A stretch of DNA of 64,000 nt from Algoriphagus confluentis. GTDB lineage: Bacteria; Bacteroidota; Bacteroidia; Cytophagales; Cyclobacteriaceae. Positions 1 to 7,849 of this stretch are shown piece after piece (positions within the stretch are counted from its first letter, which is position 1; the number at the start of each line of letters is the position of its first letter). Location: positions 1 through 64,000 of the forward strand of contig NZ_BTPD01000004.1 in NCBI RefSeq assembly GCF_036245625.1, in the 5' to 3' direction. The notes beneath the pieces are model-generated. The model saw nothing but the letters and a program-made list of their open reading frames with translations. It was not told where the DNA came from and searched no databases. Both the position numbers and the translations under genes were made by a program.

Positions 1-1
1 C

Positions 2-253
2 ATGTACTTCGTTTACATCATTTTTAGCCCAAAAACCAATAAATTTTATATCGGGTCAACAGATTCCCCTGAATCAAGACTTAAGCATCATAATTCCGGT
101 GCAACCCCTTCTACCAAGTCAGGCGCACCATTTTGGGAAATAAAATATTTGGAATGCCTACTTGATAGATCAGCTGCTTTAAAAAGAGAACTGGAAATAA
201 AGAGAAAGAAAAGTAGAAAATATCTGGAGTATTTGATCAGCTCAGTTCACTAG
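2..253 (+). CDS. Small GIY-YIG nuclease family protein (83 aa)
   Basis: ORF MYFVYIIFSPKTNKFYIGSTDSPESRLKHHNSG... carries the YxYIL...KFYIG core of short UPF0213-type GIY-YIG proteins that are common next to tRNAs in Bacteroidota. The ATG sits at 2-4, at the window edge. Confidence 0.7.
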   Translation: MYFVYIIFSPKTNKFYIGSTDSPESRLKHHNSGATPSTKSGAPFWEIKYLECLLDRSAALKRELEIKRKKSRKYLEYLISSVH

Positions 254-305
254 AACGTCCCGCTTGCTAGCGGGAAGGTCATCGGTTCGAATCCGTTATC
301 CTCCA
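226..305 (+). other. tRNA-like remnant, not an intact tRNA
   Basis: The segment has a canonical T-arm GGTTCGAATCC with a stem ATCGG/CCGTT (one mismatch). The acceptor-like 3' strand ATCCTCC+A pairs with GGAGTAT at 226-232 (one mismatch). A D-arm-like GCTCAGTT..TAGAAC is present. The anticodon-like hairpin CCCGC-TTGCTA-GCGGG has a 6-nt loop, so the structure is degenerate. It overlaps the 3' end of the GIY-YIG ORF. Confidence 0.3.
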
Positions 306-307
306 CT

Positions 308-340
308 AAGGCTTGATCAATATGCAAGCCTTTTTTATTT
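308..340 (+). terminator. Rho-independent terminator after the GIY-YIG/tRNA-like unit
   Basis: Hairpin AAGGCTTG-atcaatatg-CAAGCCTT followed by TTTTTTATTTT. Confidence 0.6.
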
Positions 341-346
341 TCAGTC

Positions 347-616
347 ATGTACTTCGTTTACATCATTTTTAGCCCAAAAACCAATAAATTTTATATCGGG
401 TCAACAGATTCCCCTGAATCAAGATTTAAGCATCATAATTCCGGTGCAACCCCTTCTACCAAGTCAGGCGCACCATAATGGGAGATCAGATACGTTGAAA
501 CTTTACCTGATCGAACCTCGGCATTGAAGCGAGAATTGGAGATCAAGAAGAAAAAAAAGCAAGCGCTAAATCGAGTGGCTGATTACCTCAGTTGGCTAAA
601 CCTTCACGCCAGCTAG
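347..616 (+). pseudogene. Second tandem copy of the GIY-YIG gene, broken by an in-frame stop
   Basis: Positions 347-640 repeat positions 2-300 at an offset of 345 bp with about 85% identity by eye. The copy reads MYFVYIIFSPKTNKFYIGSTDSPESRFKHHNSGATPSTKSGAP, then TAA at 476-478 where copy 1 has TTT, then continues in frame to TAG at 614-616. A degenerate copy of the tRNA-like segment follows (ccagctagcggtaaggtcatcg). Confidence 0.6.
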
Positions 617-742
617 CGGTAAGGTCATCGAAATTATTCTAGAAATGGTTTCTGTACGTACCAAAGCCCTATTGATCGCCCAAAATCTTTTTTGTTTTTG
701 AATATTTAAGGATCTTAGGTTCTGTTTTCAGTTTCCCCTTTC

Positions 743-1165
743 ATGAAAAAGCTCCTATTGGTTTTATTGATTCCGATCTTCACCTCCTGTTCCTGTGAGC
801 CGGAAGATCTAGCCCGACTTGCCCTCTCCGGAATGGAAACGATGATGGGTGAAGGTTTTATGCCCTCGGAAGAAATCAGAGCATTGGGAGATTTCCAGGG
901 AATGAGCGTAAACCTCAGCAAGTCCTACGGTGAACCAGCCACTATATTTCTCAAACTGGAAAATGGAGATCCTGTTAAGCTTGGCCAAGGAAGAGAGTCA
1001 CTAGCCCGTAAATGTGCTGAACTTTACCTCAATGACTTCGAAAATGCAAAAGAGTATGAGCAGATCACAGTGCAATTTTTTCAGACTGATCCCCAAAATC
1101 CACAAAATGTAGCCATGGAGGAATATGCGTTTCAGGTCAAAGATTTTGGTTTAGAGGATTCCTGA
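743..1165 (+). CDS. Hypothetical lipoprotein
   Basis: Signal peptide MKKLLLVLLIPIFTSCS with a lipobox cysteine. No recognisable catalytic motif. Confidence 0.5.
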   Translation: MKKLLLVLLIPIFTSCSCEPEDLARLALSGMETMMGEGFMPSEEIRALGDFQGMSVNLSKSYGEPATIFLKLENGDPVKLGQGRESLARKCAELYLNDFENAKEYEQITVQFFQTDPQNPQNVAMEEYAFQVKDFGLEDS

Positions 1166-1828
1166 TCCGTCTTCTACTTCTTCAATAGCTTTAGCCAAAA
1201 AATCATTGAAGGGCTTCATCCTACGAAAGCCATCCAAAGCAAAAGTCAAAAAAGCACCAGTTTCTACCGCCTTGTCTGAAATGGGATGAGATACCGTAAA
1301 GCTTTTCAATCTCAGATACTCAATGTAAGGATGGTCTGCTTCATACTCTCGGGGACTGGTTTTAAGTTTTTCACCTTCGATCCCTTTGAAGTGCTTTTTA
1401 AATTCCGGATCATTTTCAATCTGCTGCAATTCTGCACCGCTGTAGTCGATCTCTTTGCGGATCTTTTTGAGGGTATCTGCTTCCGGCATCCAGATGCCCC
1501 CTGCCAAAAAGGAGTTTCCGGGTTGGATTTGAAGATAGTAGCCTGGTCCGGGGGATTTTTTCCCGCCCGGGGAAAAATAAGCTCCGAAATTGGTTTTGTA
1601 AGGATCCTTGTTGGCCGAAAAGCGGATGTCCCTATTTTGCCTAAAAACGCAATCTTTAGGCTTGAAAGCTGAAAGTGCCGGCTCAATTTCTGTCATTTCC
1701 TTCAACATGACTTCTACGTCTTCTAGGAATCGATTCCTAGTATCCGTGTACCATTTTTTATTGGCATCCATCCAGTCTTTATGATTGTTTTGGGCAAGGG
1801 CAGATAGAAATTCGAGATAGGGACGCAT
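1151..1828 (-). CDS. Conserved hypothetical protein, DUF2461/TIGR02453 family
   Basis: The N-terminus MRPYLEFLSALAQNNHKDWMDANKKWY matches the recalled family signature (F..L...NN...W......Y). Length is about 225 aa. Confidence 0.55.
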   Translation of the reverse strand: MRPYLEFLSALAQNNHKDWMDANKKWYTDTRNRFLEDVEVMLKEMTEIEPALSAFKPKDCVFRQNRDIRFSANKDPYKTNFGAYFSPGGKKSPGPGYYLQIQPGNSFLAGGIWMPEADTLKKIRKEIDYSGAELQQIENDPEFKKHFKGIEGEKLKTSPREYEADHPYIEYLRLKSFTVSHPISDKAVETGAFLTFALDGFRRMKPFNDFLAKAIEEVEDGSGIL

Positions 1829-1938
1829 AGGAAGTAAGAATTTTGAAAGCTAAAGGTAGAAAATCTGAGATTGTAGAATTAACTCAGCTGGGGTGATGGA
1901 GGTTTTCGAGATTTGGAATAGATGAACTTTTCGGTAAA

Positions 1939-1974
1939 TTACACGTGTTAAATTTCAAAAATCCACACGTGTAA
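1939..1974 (+). promoter_or_regulatory. Inverted-repeat operator immediately upstream of the antitoxin start
   Basis: Perfect inverted repeat TTACACGTGT-N16-ACACGTGTAA ending at the ATG at 1974. This is the usual arrangement for autoregulation of type II TA operons. Confidence 0.5.
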
Positions 1975-2240
1975 TGAATACGAAATTAACCTTGACACTC
2001 GAAAAAGAGGTAATCGAAAAAGCTAAAGAATTTGCAGCCCAACAGGGACAGAGTCTTTCTTCCTTAGTGGAAAATTATTTCAAGCTACTCACCTTTGAGC
2101 ATAAAGAAGAGCCCAAGAAAAAAGAAAGAAAGCCACTTCCAGAAAGCTTCTTAAAGTTAAAAGGCTGCCTAAAGCATGAAGGAGAGTTCAACTACAAGGA
2201 AGAACTGACCAAGGCTTTGGAGGAAAAATATGGACTCTAG
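1974..2240 (+). CDS. Type II antitoxin (partner of the PIN toxin)
   Basis: 88 aa, MNTKLTLTLEKEVIEKAKEFAAQQGQSLSSLVENYF. It overlaps the downstream PIN gene by 11 nt. A paralogue exists at 27231-27476. Confidence 0.6.
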   Translation: MNTKLTLTLEKEVIEKAKEFAAQQGQSLSSLVENYFKLLTFEHKEEPKKKERKPLPESFLKLKGCLKHEGEFNYKEELTKALEEKYGL

Positions 2241-2649
2241 TTACTTTTTAGATTCGGATGTCATTCTTGATTTTCTGCTGAATAGAGATCCTTTTAATTT
2301 TTCAGCTGATGAAATTTTTGAAATGGCAGTTAATAAGGAAATCCAGATTTATTTTTCATCTCTGACAGTAGCCAACATCCATTACCTCCTTCGAAAACAG
2401 TACGGAAATGATATCGCACTTGATAAAATTTCAGAATTGTTGAGCTTCTGTAAAATTCTGCCCGTCTCGGAAAGAGAAATATTTGCGGCGATGAAAAGTG
2501 GTTTCTCTGATTTTGAAGATGCTATCCAGCATTTTACAGCGATCCAAAATCCAGCTATTGAAGGAATTATAACCCGAAATTTAGCGGATTACCGAAAAGC
2601 ACAGCTTCCTGTCTTTACGCCTGAAGTCTTTCTTTCGACTTTCAAATAA
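2230..2649 (+). CDS. PIN-domain toxin (VapC-like)
   Basis: 139 aa with acidic residues in PIN positions: FLDSDVILDFL, DFEDAIQ and ITRNLADY. It is coupled to the upstream antitoxin. Confidence 0.6.
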   Translation: MDSSYFLDSDVILDFLLNRDPFNFSADEIFEMAVNKEIQIYFSSLTVANIHYLLRKQYGNDIALDKISELLSFCKILPVSEREIFAAMKSGFSDFEDAIQHFTAIQNPAIEGIITRNLADYRKAQLPVFTPEVFLSTFK

Positions 2650-2722
2650 AATCCACCAAAGTCTTTGCTTCTCGAGGTTTGCAACCTCGAGAACTTATCA
2701 CAGGATTTGTAATCCTAAATTC
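2646..2722. repeat. REP-like palindromic unit at the 3' flank of the RAYT gene
   Basis: AAATAAAATCCACCAAAGT followed by hairpin CTCGAGGTTTGCAACCTCGAG and hairpin AGGATTTGTAATCCT. The same unit type recurs at 3258-3608. Confidence 0.65.
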
Positions 2723-2726
2723 ATTT

Positions 2727-3257
2727 TCATCCAAAAACTTCCAATTCCAGAGGACCTTTTCTAACGCCGAACGCATCTCCTGCACTGCTTAGAAGATAGT
2801 CTTCAGGGTTTTCAACAATTCCTGCCCGAACCGGATTTTCATGAATGTATTTGGCTTTTGATTCAAAAAATGACAGGGAATAAATTTCTTCTCCATGGTA
2901 GCCCTTTTCCCAAAACCAAATTTGATTTTCAAAAGTCAATGTCATTTTTAGCAATTTTTTCCTGCTCTCTTGGGGATTTTCATCAATGGCCTTATGAATT
3001 TTCTTAGCAGTAAACTTTCTCAAATCTCGAATTACATCAGAAAGATTATCATTTTTCGCTCTTACTATCAAATGCGCATGATTACTCATGATTATCCAAG
3101 CGAAAATTTCCAATCCTTTGTTTTCTTGGCAGTATCTTAAGCTGTCTAGCAAAATTTCAGAGTAAACTTTTCTAGTAAAAACATCTACCCATTGATGAAC
3201 AGTAAATGTCACAAAGTGTACAGCTCCTTGGTCGCGAATTACATATTCTTTCCCCAT
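2727..3257 (-). CDS. REP-associated tyrosine transposase (RAYT, IS200-like Y1 HUH transposase)
   Basis: 176 aa with an HUH motif MSNHAHLIV and a downstream catalytic Tyr region KAKYIHENPVRAG. It is flanked on both sides by palindromic REP-like repeats. Confidence 0.7.
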   Translation of the reverse strand: MGKEYVIRDQGAVHFVTFTVHQWVDVFTRKVYSEILLDSLRYCQENKGLEIFAWIIMSNHAHLIVRAKNDNLSDVIRDLRKFTAKKIHKAIDENPQESRKKLLKMTLTFENQIWFWEKGYHGEEIYSLSFFESKAKYIHENPVRAGIVENPEDYLLSSAGDAFGVRKGPLELEVFG

Positions 3258-3608
3258 AAAAATTAGTGAGTATCAAAAATCTGAAGGCAATACTTTGAAA
3301 TTACAAAATTTAAGAATCAACTGCTTCTCGAGGTTTGAAACCTCGAGAACTTATCTCAGGATTTGCAATCCTACATTCCCGAACTCAATAGATTGAAAAT
3401 CTGAAGATAGGACCTCGAAATTACAAATTTCGAGGAGCTTAAATAAAATCCACCAAGGTATCTTGCTTCTCGAGGTTTGAAACCTCGAGAACTTATCATA
3501 GAATTTGTAATCCCATATTTCTGAACTCATATAGATTAAAAATCTGAGGATAAGACCTCGAAATTGCAAATTTCGAGGAGCTTAGTTAGGTTTAAATAAA
3601 ATCCACCA
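3258..3608. repeat. Tandem array of about 2.5 REP-like units (period about 147 bp)
   Basis: Units begin near 3275, 3398 and 3540. Each contains the perfect palindrome CTCGAGGTTTGAAACCTCGAG, the hairpin AGGATTTGCAATCCT / ATTTGTAATCC, and the hairpin GACCTCGAAATTACAAATTTCGAGGAGC, then AAATAAAATCCACCAAGGT. The last unit abuts the murF stop. Confidence 0.7.
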
Positions 3609-4887
3609 AGGTCTCTAACTTCATCCCACGGCTACCTTTGATCAAAATGAGGTAATCTTCCAGCTTGCTGTCTTCAAGCCAATTTCTGAACGAAAACGGA
3701 TCTGGGAAATACAAAGCCTTGGGCGCTTTTTCCAGTGCGGAGACAATCAACTTTCCGGTAAAACAAACCTTGTCAATAGGATACTCGCTTACAATTTCAC
3801 CCAGCTTTCGGTGCTCTGCCTCGGCATGTTCCCCAAGCTCAAACATGTCTCCCAGAATGATCATTTTATGCTTTTTCCCAGTCATTTGACCAAAAGTCCG
3901 AATGGCTACTTCCATGCTGGATGGATTAGCATTATAAGCGTCAAGGATGATAAGATTGCTGCGCTTTTCGATAAGCTGGGAGCGCATGTTTTCGGGTTTG
4001 TAATTGACAATTCCCTCCACAGCTTTATCCATAGGCACTCCAAAATACTTCCCGATGGTCAACGCATTGGCGATATTCCCAAAATTATAAGCTCCGATCA
4101 GCGAGGTCAAATGCTCTCCATCGACTCCTTCTACCGAAAACTTTACAAAAGGATTAGCACCGAGAAACTGAACTTCACAGAAATCTCCTTTCGAAGGATA
4201 GAGCACTGGATTTTCAAACCGCTTGATCATATTGGAAAGGATCGGATCTTGGGTGTTGATAAATACCGTTCCCTTATGTTCTCTCAAGTGTTGATAAAGT
4301 TCTGTTTTGGTTTTGAGCACACCTTCGGGACCGCCCATTCCTTCCAAGTGTGCCTTACCAATATTGGTAATAAAGCCATGGGTCGGTTCTGCTATGTCGC
4401 AGAGCTCCTTGATGTCGCCCTGTTTATTAGCCCCCATTTCGATGATGGCGATTTCATGCTCGGACTTTAATCGGAGTAACGTCAAAGGCACTCCGATGTG
4501 ATTATTGAGATTGCCAATAGTAGCCAGCGTATTGAATTTTTGCTTCAAAACCGCATGCAAAAGTTCCTTAGAAGTGGTTTTCCCGTTGGAGCCGGTCAAT
4601 CCGATCACCGGAATGGCAAATTTTCGGCGATGATGCGTAGCCAGATTTTGCAACGTGGTCAATACATCCTCACAGATAAAATAGCGCTCATCGTCCTCCA
4701 CAAAATAGTTCACCTCATCGATCATCACAGCAGAAGCTCCCATTTCCAGGGCTTTGGCAGCAAACTCATTGGCATTGAAATTCGGTCCCTTAAGTGCAAA
4801 AAAGAGATTACCCGGATCAATTTTGCGGGTATCGGTACTTACGCCTGTACTTTTCAAAAAGAGTTGGTAAAGGATGTCGAGGTTCAT
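3592..4887 (-). CDS. murF: UDP-N-acetylmuramoyl-tripeptide--D-alanyl-D-alanine ligase
   Basis: Mur ligase motifs GLTGSNGKTT and the DAYNANP region are present. The start was chosen at MNLDILYQLF (the track ORF extends 19 codons further upstream). Confidence 0.8.
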   Translation of the reverse strand: MNLDILYQLFLKSTGVSTDTRKIDPGNLFFALKGPNFNANEFAAKALEMGASAVMIDEVNYFVEDDERYFICEDVLTTLQNLATHHRRKFAIPVIGLTGSNGKTTSKELLHAVLKQKFNTLATIGNLNNHIGVPLTLLRLKSEHEIAIIEMGANKQGDIKELCDIAEPTHGFITNIGKAHLEGMGGPEGVLKTKTELYQHLREHKGTVFINTQDPILSNMIKRFENPVLYPSKGDFCEVQFLGANPFVKFSVEGVDGEHLTSLIGAYNFGNIANALTIGKYFGVPMDKAVEGIVNYKPENMRSQLIEKRSNLIILDAYNANPSSMEVAIRTFGQMTGKKHKMIILGDMFELGEHAEAEHRKLGEIVSEYPIDKVCFTGKLIVSALEKAPKALYFPDPFSFRNWLEDSKLEDYLILIKGSRGMKLETLVDFI

Positions 4888-4980
4888 TTTTCCGGGAAAT
4901 TTGCCACAAAATAACGCAAAGGATACATCTTTGTGGAAGCTCACACGTTTTATTTTGCAGTCAGCTAACCTCGGGTTCCC

Positions 4981-7065
4981 ATGCGAAAAATCCTCATCTT
5001 ACTTTCCATTTTTCTGTCTTGGGATGGTTTGGCACAGCAGGTTTTTCAATTGGATCAGGAAAAAAAAATCCAAGTATCCGGTCAGGAAATCCCTATTCCT
5101 TTTTCCCAAGGCATCAACTCCGCCCAAATCCAAACCCTTGATCTCACCGGAGATGGAAAGGATGAATGGGTGATTTGGGATATCAATTCCCGACAACTCC
5201 AAGTCTTTGAAAAAAACGGGGAAATCTTCACCCTACGCCCCGAGCTCACCTATTTCTTTCCCGAGGACATCAGCGGATTTTTGGTTTTGGCTGACTTTGA
5301 CCGAGACGGGAAAAAGGATCTCTTCACTTCCACTCCGCTTGGTATCAAAGCTTATCGCAATACTTCCACCGGAAACCGGATTTCTTGGGCAGTGGCCCAA
5401 AACTTCCTTAGACTGGAGGGGGCCAATAATATCCCTGCCAATAACCTCGACACGCCTCTGCTTCAGGATGTGGACGGAGACGGGGACCTGGACTTGGTGA
5501 TTTTCAATTTTGCGGTGGGCGACTTTTTGGAATTTTATCTTAACACCTCCGTGGAGCGAAAAGGAACCCCGGATATCGACGGATTTGCGTTTCCCATACG
5601 ACACTGGGGCAATTTTGAGTTTTGTGCCTGCTCGGAAATCAGCTTCGGACAGACCTGTGATGGCAGACCTTTGGAGATTGACGATCGAAAGGATGAAAAT
5701 ACACGAATCCAGCACGCAGGTGGACACAGCATTCTATATCGGGACTTTACAGGAGACGGAGTTGAAGATTTACTTCTCGGGAGGGACGAGTGCAATACGC
5801 TCTATTTCTTGCCCAATTCCGGCACTTCTGCCCGTCCCAGATTTACATCTTTTTCTACACAACTTCCAGGCTATGGAACTTTGCCTGTTTTCCCCAGATT
5901 CCATGTCGGGCAGGCGATGGAAGAGGATTTACTGGTCAGTTTGAACACCAATGAGACCTCCGCCCCTTTTGGGATTGACTTCGCCAACTCGGTGGTGAAA
6001 CTGGAAAAAAACACGGGATCAATCCACCCTGTTCTTCAGGATCAAATGTTTGACTTGGGCGAAAATGTCCGCCCCTATTTCAAGGGAAATGTCTTTGCCG
6101 GAGAGCTTTGGCTCACTGCCAATGGCAAAAAAGGTGAAAATGTAATCGGCCAAGCCTATCGCCTGAGCTACTCCGGAGATCAGTTTGAGCTGCTGAATGA
6201 AGATTATATCGGCCTTTCGGCTTTAAATCTGCTGGAAGTCCAGCTCATTGAATACGGCAGTGTCCAAAACCAATCTTACCTACTTGCCTCCGGAGTGCGT
6301 ACTACCAATGGGGTCCCCAGTCAAGTCCTACTACTTGGACAGGGCCAAAATTGGACAGATTTTCAGCTTTCCGGGCTGACGCTTCGGGTGGGCGATCAGC
6401 TAACCCTTTTTCCTTACCAAGGAAAAGATCATCTACTAGTCGCTGCGCAAAATGGAAGTCTGACCCTTTACGAAGTGGATTTAGCAAGCCAAACGGCAAC
6501 CTTGGAAACTGCCAATTTCCTGGGCTTTCAGGACAATCCTGCCAATCGAAATTTGAGTGTAGCGGTACGAATTCAGGAAAGTCCGGACTTGTACACCGTG
6601 GACCAAACTGGCCGGATTTTTCTGATCAAGGACATGATGAGCTCGGAAGTTCGAGAAGAAGTCTTACTCAAAATCGGAGATCAAAATTTCCCTTTCCGAT
6701 TGGGAAGAAACACATGGATCTCAGTAGTCAATCCGGGTTTCGATGAAAATGTGGATCTGATTTTGGGAAGTCGTGGAGGGGGAATAACCTATCTGAAATC
6801 CGTAAAATCCGACTCTCCAACTGACGGAGAACTCTTGGTTAAGGTCTATCCCAATCCGACCGAGGGACCTTTTAAAGTGATTTCCAATACCGAAGCAAAA
6901 GGGCGTTTGATAAATTCTTTGGGACAAATCCTGATAAAGGAAATCCTAATTCCCGCCAACCGAGAAGTAGAAATCCAAGCTCAAACACTACAGCCTGGAC
7001 TTTACTTTTTGCAACTGGAAACAGAAGATAGGAAAGTGGTAGTGAAGAAGGTGTTGGTGAGGTGA
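4981..7065 (+). CDS. FG-GAP/VCBS-repeat surface protein with a T9SS C-terminal sorting domain
   Basis: Signal peptide, repeated DxDGDGxxD motifs (DLTGDGKDEWVIWD, DFDRDGKKDLF, DVDGDGDLDLVIFN) and a C-terminus KVYPNPTEGPF...LQPGLYFLQLETED..VKKVLV typical of a Por/T9SS CTD. Confidence 0.65.
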   Translation: MRKILILLSIFLSWDGLAQQVFQLDQEKKIQVSGQEIPIPFSQGINSAQIQTLDLTGDGKDEWVIWDINSRQLQVFEKNGEIFTLRPELTYFFPEDISGFLVLADFDRDGKKDLFTSTPLGIKAYRNTSTGNRISWAVAQNFLRLEGANNIPANNLDTPLLQDVDGDGDLDLVIFNFAVGDFLEFYLNTSVERKGTPDIDGFAFPIRHWGNFEFCACSEISFGQTCDGRPLEIDDRKDENTRIQHAGGHSILYRDFTGDGVEDLLLGRDECNTLYFLPNSGTSARPRFTSFSTQLPGYGTLPVFPRFHVGQAMEEDLLVSLNTNETSAPFGIDFANSVVKLEKNTGSIHPVLQDQMFDLGENVRPYFKGNVFAGELWLTANGKKGENVIGQAYRLSYSGDQFELLNEDYIGLSALNLLEVQLIEYGSVQNQSYLLASGVRTTNGVPSQVLLLGQGQNWTDFQLSGLTLRVGDQLTLFPYQGKDHLLVAAQNGSLTLYEVDLASQTATLETANFLGFQDNPANRNLSVAVRIQESPDLYTVDQTGRIFLIKDMMSSEVREEVLLKIGDQNFPFRLGRNTWISVVNPGFDENVDLILGSRGGGITYLKSVKSDSPTDGELLVKVYPNPTEGPFKVISNTEAKGRLINSLGQILIKEILIPANREVEIQAQTLQPGLYFLQLETEDRKVVVKKVLVR

Positions 7066-7164
7066 CTTTTGTTTCTCAAAGATTTTTACTGGTTAAAAGC
7101 ACAGATTAACACAGGTTTTGAAGGATTTGTCTCGCCCAACTAGAATAAATTAAAGACGAAAAGA

Positions 7165-7464
7165 TCATTCCTGAATTCTTCTTTTCAAGTCCATCCGAGC
7201 GTGCAGAATCCGAATTACTTCGATGGTGGATTGATCCAATTTTCTGTAAAAAATGAGATGCTCACCCGATTTATAGCCAAAAATATCAGTGCTGATTTCA
7301 TGGTAATTTCTACCTAAATAGGAATGATCTGCAAGCTTTTGGCAATCCTTAACCAAAGCAAAATAGTAGGAATCAGCTTGATGTTCTGACCAAGTTTCAA
7401 AAGTATATTCCCAAATGGCAGATAGGTCACCAATTGCTTTTTGGGACAACATATAGCTACCCAT
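7165..7464 (-). CDS. parE: ParE/RelE-family type II toxin
   Basis: 99 aa with DLSAIWEYT...HLIFYRKLDQSTIEVIRILHARMD. It overlaps the upstream parD by 8 nt. Confidence 0.75.
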   Translation of the reverse strand: MGSYMLSQKAIGDLSAIWEYTFETWSEHQADSYYFALVKDCQKLADHSYLGRNYHEISTDIFGYKSGEHLIFYRKLDQSTIEVIRILHARMDLKRRIQE

Positions 7465-7705
7465 TCCTTTTCTTTGCTTTCAGCGATTCCAGATGTTTTT
7501 GGGGATCGAAATCCTCCACAAATCCACTTTCTATTCCTTCTTGAATCGCATTTTTAAGGGCTAAAATCTTGTTTTCCTCCTCTTCAAGAAGGCGTAAGCC
7601 CGCACGAATCACCTCACTGGCGCTTGAAAACCTTCCTTCTGAGACCTTAGAGTCCACGAAATTTTCAAAATAATCCCCCAAAGAAACTGATGTGTTGCGT
7701 CCCAT
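7457..7705 (-). CDS. parD: ParD-family antitoxin (RHH/CopG-like)
   Basis: 82 aa with MGRNTSVSLGDYFENFVDSKVSEGRFSSASEVIRAGLRLLEEEE, which matches the ParD consensus. Confidence 0.75.
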   Translation of the reverse strand: MGRNTSVSLGDYFENFVDSKVSEGRFSSASEVIRAGLRLLEEEENKILALKNAIQEGIESGFVEDFDPQKHLESLKAKKRNG

Positions 7706-7849
7706 AATTTTTCCTTTCTGGTGAAGTTACCAAAAATTGGTAATAAAGCCATTTTTTCAGATTTGTGATTTGGGCTTTCCACCTTTCCAACTATCCCATT
7801 TGCCCACCTCCCTCAAAAACTCTAGCTTAGGATAAGAATTATAAATCCA

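Noticed and set aside
226-305. Possible functional tRNA (anticodon GCU, Ser) overlapping the GIY-YIG 3' end
   Set aside because: The anticodon loop has 6 nt, the acceptor, T and D stems each carry a mismatch, and there is no long variable arm as a Ser tRNA would need. It is kept only as a tRNA-like remnant.
264-527. 87-aa ORF in a different frame across the GIY-YIG copy junction
   Set aside because: It spans the tRNA-like remnant and the duplicated gene in the wrong frame. The duplicated copy read in its own frame is the better explanation.
5233-5944. ORFs overlapping the FG-GAP gene in other frames
   Set aside because: Alternate-frame artefacts inside a gene with a coherent repeat and CTD architecture.
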